The notes under the pieces are model-generated. The model was not told where the DNA came from and made no database searches. It saw only the letters and a list, made by a program, of their open reading frames with translations. This document shows, in pieces, positions 40,301 through 50,264 of a stretch of 64,000 bases of DNA; the first letter of the stretch is position 1; every line of letters starts with the position of its first letter. A program made the position numbers and the translations under genes. Origin of the DNA: a virus; IMG/VR virus record IMGVR_UViG_3300043464_002317, positions 17,323 to 81,322 of that record; one strand, written 5' to 3'.

Positions 40301-43300
40301 TCATACAAAATGGATTATCAAGAATTGGTCGTGGGGCGAGAGTAACTATGATAAATCTTGCAGATGAGACAGTTATTGATGTTTCAAGGATAAACAATCC
40401 AGAACAAATTGAAGTTATATCAGATGGAATTCGTTTTTATATAATTACTCCAGCAGATGTAGCTCCAAACGTAGTTATTAAAGAGCAACTAGGCTTAGAA
40501 GTTGGAGATGCAGAAAGAAAGTTTACAACAATACGAAATGATAAGGGAACTGTAATCTCATCACCATTCAGAGCTGCAAATCAAATTACTCCAGCTTCAG
40601 ACGATGTTATTCACTCATTGAAAATAGATGATGAAGTAGAAATTTTTGTTGCAGATAATCAATATAATAGGGATTTACAAGATAAGAGAAATAACAACGA
40701 AATAACAGAACAAGAATATACAGATAAGTTGGTTCTTTCTGTTGTAAAGAATGGTGAAATTATCGGAGTTCTAAGAGCAGCAGACTTTCTATTTGAACAA
40801 GAAGAAAATCAAGCTCAAATGGACGAATTCCGTTCGCAATTCGCAAATCGAGAATTAGGCGATAGAATTGGTTCTACACCAGTACAAGGTTTTGAAGTTG
40901 CTCGTGGCTATAATTATGTAAATGGTCAGATTCAATACACAACATTAAACGAATACAATCCTGTAAACTATAGCACATCTTTTTATTTTGTAAAAGAAGA
41001 TGGAACTATTATTGATGAACAAGGTAATGAAGTTCAAGAAGACTTTTTTGACCGAGGGAGTTTTGCGCAAGGCGGTGTCTATATGCGTGTTGATGGAGTA
41101 AATAATAAAAAGAATCATACAGTTCAAGTTCTACGTAGTGATAACGATAACTCTGTATTTACTGAAGAAGAATTTACAAGCGGTAAATTTAAAGAAATAG
41201 GGCAAACAAGCCTATCGGATGAACCTATTATTTCTAAGCGTATATCTATTTCTTTGAGACAAGTAAAAGATACTGATACTACACACAGTGAAGGTATAAA
41301 AGAACAAGTTCAGAATATTACTGATAATAAAGTTTTATCTCAAGAAGAGGAAAAAGAAGTAGCTAAATTGGAAAAAGATTTAGCTAAAAAACAAGAATCT
41401 TTAGATAAAGTAAATAGGCAAATTGACGAGAATAAAGAAAGAGTAAAAAAATACAACGAAAGCGGAGTATTGGGTCAAGCGGAGTATAAAAAACTTACTA
41501 AAAAAGATATTGATTTAAATATATCTAAACAATCTCTTGAAAAAGATATTCAAGATATAAATCAAAAAATAAAATTAATTAAAGGTGACAGAGCAGTAAT
41601 TGAAGATGTTAACGGAGCTCAAACTGTAGTAGATTCTGTTGTAGAATCAGAAAATGAAACTGTTTTAATATCAGTTAACGGAGAAACTGTAGAAGTTAAA
41701 CTTTCTGAAATCAGTTCAGTAGAACCTGTAGAAACAAGTAGTGATGGTGTAGGGGGGGAAGATGTAGATGTAAAAGATGATATAGAAAGAAGAAGACAAG
41801 AAAAATTAAGTCAAATTAAACCTGATGGTAAAACTTCTAAAGATAGAAGAAAAGTTTTAATGTTAAACGAAGATTCTGATAAAACATTTGATGAATCTTT
41901 ACAAGAAGCAGGGTATGTAAATGTACAAGGGGTTTGGGTTGAACCAGATATAAACATAGAATTACTAAAAAGTTTACCTCAAATTTTTTGGGAATACTTA
42001 TTTGATAAACAAGTTATTTTAGTAAATGACACTACTAAAGAAAGAGGTGGGCAAAGTGCAGACAGAACATTTAAAAACGAATCAAGACCTGTTATTTCTT
42101 TAGGTAAAAATTCTTCTACGAAAGGAACTTTACAGTTAATTGCACATGAACTTGGTCATTTTGAGTTTAGAAAATTATCTGAACAAGAAAAAAACTCTTT
42201 AAAAAACTATGGTACAGCATCTACTTGGTATGTAAAAGGTTTAGAAGAAGGAACTTACAAATCAGCAGCAGAAAATTATGAAGAAAATTTTGTTGAAAAT
42301 TATGCAGCAGATTTATTACAAAAAATGGGAATTTCTAAAGGTGTAGATAGAGCTGAAATAAAAATTAATTCCATTTATAAAACTATTTTTGATAAAATCA
42401 ATGCCAAATATGATGCAGAACTAGATGCTTTACAACAACCTAACGAAGAAACAATAGTTTCAGAACAACAACTACCAGCAGAACAAGTACAAACAGCACC
42501 TACAGAACAAGATGCTAACAAATGGATAGCTCAAAATGCTAAAACAGGTGATAAATTAATATTAACAGATGGAACTGAAATAGAAATAGTTTCTAATGAA
42601 GATGGTGTAATAACTATTAAAAGAACTAAAAATGATACTACTGTACAACAAGTATTTCGAGTTTTACCTGATGGTACTGTTGTTTCAGATGAACCATTAT
42701 CTTTAGAAAAAGCTGAAGAACCATTAGCTCTACCAAGAAAACCACAAGATACTACAGTTATAGACTCTTTCAGAGAAAGATTAAGAAAACATGGGATAGA
42801 ATCAGAAGTTGTTTTATCAGCTTTATCTCAAGTATATCAAAAATCTATAAATGAAGGCAATCCTATAACAAATCTTGACGATTTGATTGAAGCTTCTGGA
42901 TTGACAGCAACTCAAAAAGAACAGTTACAAATGGTTCTTACTCCAGTATATAGAATGGGTGTATGGCAATTCTTAACTAATTCTGATACTATTTTTGATA
43001 TTGCTCAACAAGAAAGATGGGCAGCATTTCAAACAACCATCAAAAGTATTCTTGAAGAATCTAGCACTGTAGAAAGTTCCCTACCTACTGACAACTTAAA
43101 AAATGAATTTAAATTAAACGTAATAGATGCCCTTTCAGATGTATTTAATAATTTCAAAATCGGTATCAAAAACATTGAAATAGCTAATACATTTACTTTA
43201 CCTGATTGGAATAAAATAACATCAGCTTTAAGTGCAGCAGTTAACACTATAAATCCAAGAGAAGCTATTGTTAAGTTACAACAAGACTTAGCTGAGTTAG

Positions 43301-43962
43301 GATTACAAGTATACGCAAAAGGACTAATTCAAGTAGCTAGAGTTTCAAGAGCTTCATTAGGTAGAAATCCGCAAGTAGCTACAGACTATAACAATGTATA
43401 CACAGATTTATCCATGGCAAATGTAGATGGTAAAATATTTGTTCGTAACGAAAAAGACGGTCTTTTTGTAGAAGTTAAAGCAACTAAGAAAAAATTTTCA
43501 GAAAATGTTATAAATATTCAAAAAGATTTATTATCTTTGTTGGGAGTAAAATTCCCATTAGAATATTTAAACGCATATCAACGTATAAACGGAGATTTTG
43601 CAGCATTAAAAGAAAGAGCCATATATGAACAACAAAGAGCCGATGCTTTACCTAATTTCTCTTTCTCAGAGATTAAACCAGAAAGTATATCATTTGTCAC
43701 TGAGGATTTATTCGTATCTAAATATTCTGCTAGTACATTAAGTCTTGATGGTAAAAAATATTATAATCTACTGACACTTGAAAATGGAGAAACTGTTTAT
43801 GCACCTATAAATAAACGTTTAAACTCAGCAGAAGTAAGAAACTTACTAAAGAGAAACGGGCTTAATGTAGGTAAAATTGTAAGAAAAGACCAATCATTCG
43901 CAGAAAGATTATCTAAAATAGCAAAAATTAAAAAACAATTAGAAAAAATAACTTGTAACTAA
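37339..43962 (+). CDS. Giant cargo/ejection protein 1 with hydrophobic N-terminal region and inserted zincin domain
   Basis: 2207 aa; Ala/Gly-rich hydrophobic helices, EG.EE..Q motif, HELGH at 42145; single Cys at the penultimate residue. Confidence 0.65.
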   Translation: MNTPEYYAKFAAPSSFEGSYVAPQKSFDFDAVYNYAGKNLGYITRYPELSPYGDSEQIQAEKQSGWDKALNSGLQLGALATNTFANHFYSYGRQASALTNQDWSKLWQDDFGQESAQMIQGVSDLYPIYETEEQQRLRDEEGGLSTSLKQFVPFTGRAGNAWANLAGQLGFMAGTAGAVALESAGLAALTAATEGVAAPLALTKTVSNAKLLKSMYTLYKNARTGLTGVKNAAQSAGLIGNIVKSPVFTTYRMLTAAQGEAAIEANINALEYKNKQLEKYGVNVTPEQMQEIDTRATELGNTVFNWNAPVLMLGNAMTIGSLFRVGNLGKSATSQLIKEEATGVIKKKFGELTTKEALNPFIKKTWEFSKKGGKFVVNENLYEGVEEVLQGIGGRAAQHMYETYDSEGGKGLDAFLTALGEETSNTFSTREGWDEFVSGALTGYGIKGITSVYNRATGATAKEQAIRDFTQKGVEQDIQSVNNYMKSVLTNTDPNTNYVKNQVASIEQQETAIADGNVKVAKDAQGQTKIGLFSKLQKYGTSVSDDIFDLWGETMKEMQKTNETDFRQMMGDRNVEEVVSKLKQENKQFNDVYNTIDKNAKNPYNQKTDSKNYQLYEQAKLFAAGMEYNARDSKERGQAIVKDLTTNFGIDETLIASMFDGTTLRDNLTTAKKLFKLQEEALKNAATPEEREALEQELLKSKEKVELLQAIETGAFDEKGNPVYGEKNPEETAAMFIKAYYRDKSALVPDELKKNIEDLITLETESEGYLAAYNFLSNKDYLEKFAESYLNEANKKIAQSEKNISRNQKAASKPIITPEEKYDDNQVDEALTGTTAKASITDFLEEVRSKKQSDGTYLHNGKKYNTAKELAEDLKKETEGFEDLLDQTNDKGESIDSILEKALNNLEEELTEPGDAVRKTEGQPKQVIQPKTKTQSEAEIKKGFWQKSSPYNTKVHSFDLVISFLFPKDLSYLFDSLVKANQNDVLNVIQNGLSRIGRGARVTMINLADETVIDVSRINNPEQIEVISDGIRFYIITPADVAPNVVIKEQLGLEVGDAERKFTTIRNDKGTVISSPFRAANQITPASDDVIHSLKIDDEVEIFVADNQYNRDLQDKRNNNEITEQEYTDKLVLSVVKNGEIIGVLRAADFLFEQEENQAQMDEFRSQFANRELGDRIGSTPVQGFEVARGYNYVNGQIQYTTLNEYNPVNYSTSFYFVKEDGTIIDEQGNEVQEDFFDRGSFAQGGVYMRVDGVNNKKNHTVQVLRSDNDNSVFTEEEFTSGKFKEIGQTSLSDEPIISKRISISLRQVKDTDTTHSEGIKEQVQNITDNKVLSQEEEKEVAKLEKDLAKKQESLDKVNRQIDENKERVKKYNESGVLGQAEYKKLTKKDIDLNISKQSLEKDIQDINQKIKLIKGDRAVIEDVNGAQTVVDSVVESENETVLISVNGETVEVKLSEISSVEPVETSSDGVGGEDVDVKDDIERRRQEKLSQIKPDGKTSKDRRKVLMLNEDSDKTFDESLQEAGYVNVQGVWVEPDINIELLKSLPQIFWEYLFDKQVILVNDTTKERGGQSADRTFKNESRPVISLGKNSSTKGTLQLIAHELGHFEFRKLSEQEKNSLKNYGTASTWYVKGLEEGTYKSAAENYEENFVENYAADLLQKMGISKGVDRAEIKINSIYKTIFDKINAKYDAELDALQQPNEETIVSEQQLPAEQVQTAPTEQDANKWIAQNAKTGDKLILTDGTEIEIVSNEDGVITIKRTKNDTTVQQVFRVLPDGTVVSDEPLSLEKAEEPLALPRKPQDTTVIDSFRERLRKHGIESEVVLSALSQVYQKSINEGNPITNLDDLIEASGLTATQKEQLQMVLTPVYRMGVWQFLTNSDTIFDIAQQERWAAFQTTIKSILEESSTVESSLPTDNLKNEFKLNVIDALSDVFNNFKIGIKNIEIANTFTLPDWNKITSALSAAVNTINPREAIVKLQQDLAELGLQVYAKGLIQVARVSRASLGRNPQVATDYNNVYTDLSMANVDGKIFVRNEKDGLFVEVKATKKKFSENVINIQKDLLSLLGVKFPLEYLNAYQRINGDFAALKERAIYEQQRADALPNFSFSEIKPESISFVTEDLFVSKYSASTLSLDGKKYYNLLTLENGETVYAPINKRLNSAEVRNLLKRNGLNVGKIVRKDQSFAERLSKIAKIKKQLEKITCN

Positions 43963-46900
43963 TGGCTTGTATTTTAAAAGATAAAAACGGAAATGTAACT
44001 TCAGTAACAGCTGACAATGGAAAACCATCTCAACTATTTGATGCAATTAATAAAATACCAGTTTTTGAAAATAGAAACAAAGCAGCAGAATTTTATGCTT
44101 ATATTGTCTCTGAAAAGTATAATCAACAAAAAGATTTACTATTAGATAATAATGGAGAGCCAGTTTTATTTTTTAAAGATTTAACAACAACTACAGACCC
44201 TGCATCTGGTCAATTTAAATATGAAACAGACTTTTTAATTTCGTTTAATAAAGACAAAGATTCAAAAGGTATACAAATAGGTTTTTTAAAAGGAACTGAA
44301 ACTCAAACAGATTCGGCTAAAAACTTTGTACAAATAGAAAAATTTGAAAGAAATTTAAATCCAAGAACATACTCTGGTTTTATTGAAAACATGTTGAGCA
44401 GAGGTGTACAGCTGACGACTAAAACTGAGAGTGAGCCATCTCAAGCAGGTAGTGTTGGGAAATTGAATGTTGTTGACAAAACTAAGGATATATTAGACGA
44501 AGTTACTGATGAAAAAATAGGTGAAAAAAAGTATCAAGACTTTTCTATTGATTTTGAAGACGGGGCAAGAGCTTTTGGGACAATTGAAAATGGAGTTGCA
44601 AATATTTCAGGCATCAATGCACCTAAAAAAGAAGACAGCGTTATTGAGCCAAAAAGAGGAACAAAAACATACGAAAGAGTAATTGAAAAGTTAAAAGAAA
44701 ATGGAATAAAAACCATTAAGGTATCTTTACAATCACAAGACAGTCAAACAGCACTATCTAAGTTAGTTGAAAAAGGTATATTGTCAAACCCAAGAGATAT
44801 GCAAGGGGTGAGCGACAGTCAATTTGCTACCACTTTTGATATACAATCCCTCAAAGAAACACTCCAAGCAGGTAGTGTTGGTGTAGGGGGAGATGTGAAG
44901 CAACAAGAATTGGATGCACAGAGGGTTAACAAAGAAGCAGGTGTAGATATTTATGTAGCAAGACAAGATGTGGATGCGAATGGCAGTACATACACATTAT
45001 CGCAAATAAAGGAGAATGGGAATACCAATACATTTTTAATTGAAGATGCCAATGGTAATGAAGTTGGGAAAGCACAATTAAGTGTAGATGGTAATTATTT
45101 AGAGAATATAAGGATTGACGAAAATCACAGAAGAAAAGGACTTGCAAGTAAGGTATACGATTTTATAGAATTACGAAAAGGTATTGAATTAAAGCCTTCA
45201 CCAAATAAGCAATCAAAAGAAGCTAAAGCGTTGTGGGATAATCGTAATTTAAAAAAATCAGAACAACCCCTCAAAGAACAACAGACTCAAACTACTCCAG
45301 AAAAAACTTTATTTGACAGAGCTGTTGATTCATTAAAATCATTTGTAGCTTTTAAGGATACTAACGTAACAACTGACGACACTAATTTGAAAAAAGCTTT
45401 GAACGCTGTAGATTTAAAAACTCCAAAAGGAGAAATCTACGGTGCATCTTATGTCAATGCAGACGGGCAACAAGAAATTTATATCAATCCTGAAAAACTT
45501 TCAATCGAGTCATTAATCCATGAAAATTTTCATCCGTTTCAAGTAGCACTTAGAGAAGCAGCTAAAAGCGGAGACCCACAAGCAAAAGCATTTATAGACA
45601 GAATGCTTGAACTTGCAAAACAAGAAGTAAAAGATAATTTTGCACCTGCCGAAGCCGAGCAGATTTTGGCGCAGTTTGAAAATAGGTTGACAAAAACATC
45701 TATGCCAGAAACAACCCCTGTAAACTTCTTTGCAATAGGTCAAAGAGGTGCTATGGCTCTTGATAAAATAGAAGGAGGATTTAATAGATTAAAAAGACTA
45801 AAAGAAGCAAAAGAATTAGAAAGTTTAGGAAAATCTAACGCATACATAAAATTTTTGACAGGTTGGGAAAGACAAGATGGTAAATGGAAAACAGAAATTG
45901 ATGATTTTACTGATTTAAAAACAACCCCAGAACAAATTCTTAATCTCAGAGAAAATATAGGAGCAACAACAACCGTAAAAGAATTTTTTAATAATAATGC
46001 AGCAATTGTTTTACAAGCATTTCCTAAAATAGGAGATATAACTGTAAGATACGATGACAATGCTACAGGAGCTTATGCACATTATGACCCTATAAATAAA
46101 GAAATAGTCTTTTATAAAGATTATTTAGATAGACCAGTAAATGATATTAAAAGTTCATTTCTTCATGAAATACAACACGCTATCCAACAAATAGAAGGTT
46201 TTGATTTTGGAGCTGACGAAAATATGCAAAAGATTTTGTCAGATATGCATAAAATAACTACAAATGATGCATATTTTAGGTCAGCTAGTGAAGTTGAAGC
46301 AAGAAACATACAAAAACGTATGTTGATGTCAGCTAAAGATAGATTACTTACTGAATTAGATGCTACAGCAGATGTTTTACCAGAAGATAGGCTTTTTATA
46401 GCAGATGCTTTAGATGCAACAAATAAAGCTATAGTCAAGTTATCTGATGTTAACTTCGTAAGAAATATGGAAGTTAAACCAATAGCCAATGAAATAGATG
46501 TTGTAAACGGATTTTATTCTCCTATTGAAAAAATATTAACTGAAACAAAAATTGAAAAACAGAGTGGAGCGAAGTGGCTTTCAGTAGTAGGTAAAGGTGA
46601 CGAGGCTACATGGACAGGAGTTAAAAATTGGTTAGAAGAAAATTCACAAAAACAAATTTCAAAATCTGAAATTCAGCAATGGACGAAGGATAATCGTATT
46701 GAGGTTGTGGAGGTGGTTAAGGGTTCTAAGTATGTCCCAAATTATTCAATAGAAAATGAGCCGCCATCTAAATTTGGTGCTACAAGAAATGATTTACTGG
46801 GGGCATTAATGGCTTCCGAAAATATTGACAATCCAAGGTTTGAACAATATCTTGAAAATAGATATGGGAATGGAAAAGAATTACTTACTTGGTTAAAGGA

Positions 46901-49900
46901 AAACACCACAGAAAATGGTAGTTATTTAAAAGAGGAAGATACAAAGTTTGGAAGCTACCAATTAGCAGGGGACAAGGAAAATTATAAAGAGCTATTAGTT
47001 ACGATGCCGAGTAATAATGAAACTCAAAAGTCGCTTGATATAGCCTTTAAAGAAAAAGGGTATGTAATGACAAGTAATGGCAATATTTACCCTAAAACTA
47101 TTGCTGGATATGCAGATGTAAATAATTATCCTGATGGGGTATCATTAAATAGTTTGCCAACGGATGTACAAAAAATAGCAAATAAATTAAAAGGAACGAT
47201 AGGGGGTAAAGATTTCAAATCCTCTCACTTTTCAGAACCAAACATCCTTGTTCATTTAAGAATGAATACCCGTACAGATGCAGATGGGAATAAAGTTTTG
47301 TTTATAGAGGAATTTCAGCGAGATGTTGAAAAAGAAACTGATTTAGGCGAAAAAGAAGCAGGATTACCATTTAGCAAAACTACTGACTATGTAAAATTGG
47401 CGTGGAAAGTAGCTTTAAAAGAAGCCGTTAAACAAGGTGCTGATAAGATTGCTTGGACAACAGGAGAGCAGCAGAATGATAGGTATGATTTGAGTAAGCA
47501 AGTAGATAAAATTGAAATAATAAAAAGAGAAGGTGTAGATAGTTACCGAGCAAAGACGTATAAAGATGGAAAAATATTAGAAGACCAAGACTATATCCCC
47601 TTTAGTCAATTAGAAGGAATGTTTGGCAAAGAAATAGCTACAAAAGTTCAAAATGGAGAAAGTGTTTTTGAGGGCGAAGGATTAAAAGTAGGCGGAAAAG
47701 GCATGATTGGATTTTATGGGTCTCCAACAGAAAACAAATTAGGCATAGTAGGTAATGTAGCTAAGAGTTTGTTTAAGCAAGAGCCGAAAACGGTTGAGAT
47801 TGAAACAGGGGTTGATACTAATGAAAAAGAAATTATTTGGGAAGACCTTGGGGATGGGGAACAAAGGGTTTCAATAGGGGGTGACGATAAATATTTTAGC
47901 ACGGAAGAAGCAGCGAAAAAATATGTAGCTAAATTAAAGTCTAATAAAGTCACCCAACACTCCATAGACATAACTCTCGAATTAAAACAACAAGTACAAG
48001 CTGGGCTTCCGATGTTCAAAGCTGGCGAAGACTTAGGAAAAACTTTTCTATCAAATCTAATGTCGAATCCAGCATACGAAAACTACACTGGAGACCAACT
48101 GCTTGATGAGTTAATCACAACAATGGTCGGTAAGACTGGGGAGCAGTTGTTGGGCGAACCTACAACGCAAAACAAAACATTCTTTGATGCAGTAAAAGAA
48201 GCGGTAGTAGATGCAATAAAATGGCTGGCAGAAAAATTTGGTGTTTCTCTGAAAGATAAAACAGCAGACCAAATATTAAACATGAAACTCGGTGAACTTG
48301 TTTCAGCTGGATTAGCTAGTGCAAGAAAAGGAGAATTTCTACAGAATAAAATAGAAAAATTAAAAGCTATATTAAACGAAGAAAATATTCTTTCTCCGCA
48401 GTTAGTAGAATCAAATCTATTTTTAGAAACTAATCAAGAGTTATTAGAAATAGCAGACAAATATAAAAATTCTAAAGGTTTAAGTTTGCAAACACCAGAA
48501 CTTGTTTTAAATGTACCACAAGAAGATGCTAAAAGAATTGCAGATGCTTACGAAGCAGCTAAACACACTCCAGATGACCCTAACGCACAAAAATCTTTTA
48601 ATCAATTACTAAAAGAAATAAAAGAACAAGCTGATATATTATTAAAAGCAGGTTATGTATTTCAAATAGCAAAGGAAGGGGAAGGTTATAACTCTAACAG
48701 TAGAGAAATGGTTAAAGATGTTAAGCAAAATAAAAGAATTTTTGTTGACCCATCTTCAAAATCTTTTGGAACTACAAGAGTTTTTGACGAAAACAATATA
48801 GGCTTACAAGATAGCGGATATAAAGATGTTAACGGAATCCCAATGACAAATGTTGAAGTTATCAGAGGAGTTCATGACTTATTTGGACATGCTAAATATG
48901 GTAACGGTTTTGGAGCTGTAGGAGAAGAAAATGCTTGGAGAATACATATGGCTATGTTTTCACCTTTAGCTCAAAAAGCTCTTACTATAACTACACGAGG
49001 TCAAAATTCTTGGGTTAACTTCGGAAACCATATGAGAAATGCAGATGGAAGTATCAAAAAAATTACAGACCCAGGGTATTTATCTCCAAAAAATAGACCT
49101 TTTGCCGAGCAAAAAATTACCTTACTACCTGACTGGGCACTTACGAAAGCTTATGGAGATGTTGTCACTGTAGGTAGTAAAAAGGTAACACCTGCAAATA
49201 AACATGTAATCGCAGGTACTGATGTTTATGAAATAACAGATGCAAAAGCTTTTTATTCAGCTATTACAGCAGCTAAAAAAAGCCGAGGTTTAGATGGAAT
49301 TCAAGTAGATAATAAATCAGTAGCGGAATTTGAACAAATAGTAAAAGAAGGTGGAAGATTATTTATCACTCAAGACGGTTTAGCAGGTGTTGTGTTAAAA
49401 GGGGACGGATACGTAGGTATGGGATTTGCGCATAATAATTTGCCAAAAGGAAGTAATATTTTAAAACCTTTACTGCAATTAACAATTAAGTTAGGTGCAA
49501 CATACGCTGACGCTTACGATACATTTCTTCCTAAATACTACGCTAAATTTGGTTTCAAACCTTTTAATAGATTAAAATTTAATCCTGAATTTGCTGAAAA
49601 AGGGTGGGAAAAAACTATTTTGAATACTCAACCAGATGTTGTTACAATGTATTGGGATGGAGGAGATAGAACAAAAGTAGAGCAAAATTACGATATATTT
49701 GAACCTTACGATAAAACACAAGGAACATATACAGAAGATTATGATGCTGCATTAGCAGCTACAAAAGAAAAATCTTTTGAAAAAACAAATCAAGTATCTA
49801 TTACACCTCCAAAAATCCCAAATAAACAGATTGTTTCTTTACAATTTAAACCTGCTGTTCAAGTTACTGAATTTGACCCTACAACCAATTCTATAGCTGC

Positions 49901-50264
49901 ATTTAGAGGGGATAATTATGTAGGTAGGATAAATACACAAAAAGTAGGCGATGATTATATAATTACTCATTCAAGCGTAGTTCAAAAAGAACAAGGCAAA
50001 CAAATAGGTACAACTATGTATTTAGGTGTTATTGAATTTGCAAATAATCAGAGCAGAATAGTTTATTCTGACCAAAATCCTCAACCACAAGCTAAAGCTA
50101 TATGGGAAAAATTAGTAGATGCTAATGTGGCTGAAATTAATGGAAATGGATATATGGTATTACCTGATACTTTAGCAACAAATAGAGACCAACCTTTAGA
50201 TATTGATGCTATCGTAGAGAAAATGATTCAGAATAACGATATTATACGTAATTGCAAACTTTAA
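43962..50264 (+). CDS. Giant polyvalent cargo protein 2 (GNAT-like, zincin/MPTase-like, LPD23-like domains)
   Basis: 2100 aa; HENFH (45519), HEIQH (46164), TGWER.DGKWKTEI, RRKGLASKVY, QGKQIGTTMY, HDLFGH; Cys only at residues 3 and 2098. Confidence 0.7.
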   Translation: MACILKDKNGNVTSVTADNGKPSQLFDAINKIPVFENRNKAAEFYAYIVSEKYNQQKDLLLDNNGEPVLFFKDLTTTTDPASGQFKYETDFLISFNKDKDSKGIQIGFLKGTETQTDSAKNFVQIEKFERNLNPRTYSGFIENMLSRGVQLTTKTESEPSQAGSVGKLNVVDKTKDILDEVTDEKIGEKKYQDFSIDFEDGARAFGTIENGVANISGINAPKKEDSVIEPKRGTKTYERVIEKLKENGIKTIKVSLQSQDSQTALSKLVEKGILSNPRDMQGVSDSQFATTFDIQSLKETLQAGSVGVGGDVKQQELDAQRVNKEAGVDIYVARQDVDANGSTYTLSQIKENGNTNTFLIEDANGNEVGKAQLSVDGNYLENIRIDENHRRKGLASKVYDFIELRKGIELKPSPNKQSKEAKALWDNRNLKKSEQPLKEQQTQTTPEKTLFDRAVDSLKSFVAFKDTNVTTDDTNLKKALNAVDLKTPKGEIYGASYVNADGQQEIYINPEKLSIESLIHENFHPFQVALREAAKSGDPQAKAFIDRMLELAKQEVKDNFAPAEAEQILAQFENRLTKTSMPETTPVNFFAIGQRGAMALDKIEGGFNRLKRLKEAKELESLGKSNAYIKFLTGWERQDGKWKTEIDDFTDLKTTPEQILNLRENIGATTTVKEFFNNNAAIVLQAFPKIGDITVRYDDNATGAYAHYDPINKEIVFYKDYLDRPVNDIKSSFLHEIQHAIQQIEGFDFGADENMQKILSDMHKITTNDAYFRSASEVEARNIQKRMLMSAKDRLLTELDATADVLPEDRLFIADALDATNKAIVKLSDVNFVRNMEVKPIANEIDVVNGFYSPIEKILTETKIEKQSGAKWLSVVGKGDEATWTGVKNWLEENSQKQISKSEIQQWTKDNRIEVVEVVKGSKYVPNYSIENEPPSKFGATRNDLLGALMASENIDNPRFEQYLENRYGNGKELLTWLKENTTENGSYLKEEDTKFGSYQLAGDKENYKELLVTMPSNNETQKSLDIAFKEKGYVMTSNGNIYPKTIAGYADVNNYPDGVSLNSLPTDVQKIANKLKGTIGGKDFKSSHFSEPNILVHLRMNTRTDADGNKVLFIEEFQRDVEKETDLGEKEAGLPFSKTTDYVKLAWKVALKEAVKQGADKIAWTTGEQQNDRYDLSKQVDKIEIIKREGVDSYRAKTYKDGKILEDQDYIPFSQLEGMFGKEIATKVQNGESVFEGEGLKVGGKGMIGFYGSPTENKLGIVGNVAKSLFKQEPKTVEIETGVDTNEKEIIWEDLGDGEQRVSIGGDDKYFSTEEAAKKYVAKLKSNKVTQHSIDITLELKQQVQAGLPMFKAGEDLGKTFLSNLMSNPAYENYTGDQLLDELITTMVGKTGEQLLGEPTTQNKTFFDAVKEAVVDAIKWLAEKFGVSLKDKTADQILNMKLGELVSAGLASARKGEFLQNKIEKLKAILNEENILSPQLVESNLFLETNQELLEIADKYKNSKGLSLQTPELVLNVPQEDAKRIADAYEAAKHTPDDPNAQKSFNQLLKEIKEQADILLKAGYVFQIAKEGEGYNSNSREMVKDVKQNKRIFVDPSSKSFGTTRVFDENNIGLQDSGYKDVNGIPMTNVEVIRGVHDLFGHAKYGNGFGAVGEENAWRIHMAMFSPLAQKALTITTRGQNSWVNFGNHMRNADGSIKKITDPGYLSPKNRPFAEQKITLLPDWALTKAYGDVVTVGSKKVTPANKHVIAGTDVYEITDAKAFYSAITAAKKSRGLDGIQVDNKSVAEFEQIVKEGGRLFITQDGLAGVVLKGDGYVGMGFAHNNLPKGSNILKPLLQLTIKLGATYADAYDTFLPKYYAKFGFKPFNRLKFNPEFAEKGWEKTILNTQPDVVTMYWDGGDRTKVEQNYDIFEPYDKTQGTYTEDYDAALAATKEKSFEKTNQVSITPPKIPNKQIVSLQFKPAVQVTEFDPTTNSIAAFRGDNYVGRINTQKVGDDYIITHSSVVQKEQGKQIGTTMYLGVIEFANNQSRIVYSDQNPQPQAKAIWEKLVDANVAEINGNGYMVLPDTLATNRDQPLDIDAIVEKMIQNNDIIRNCKL

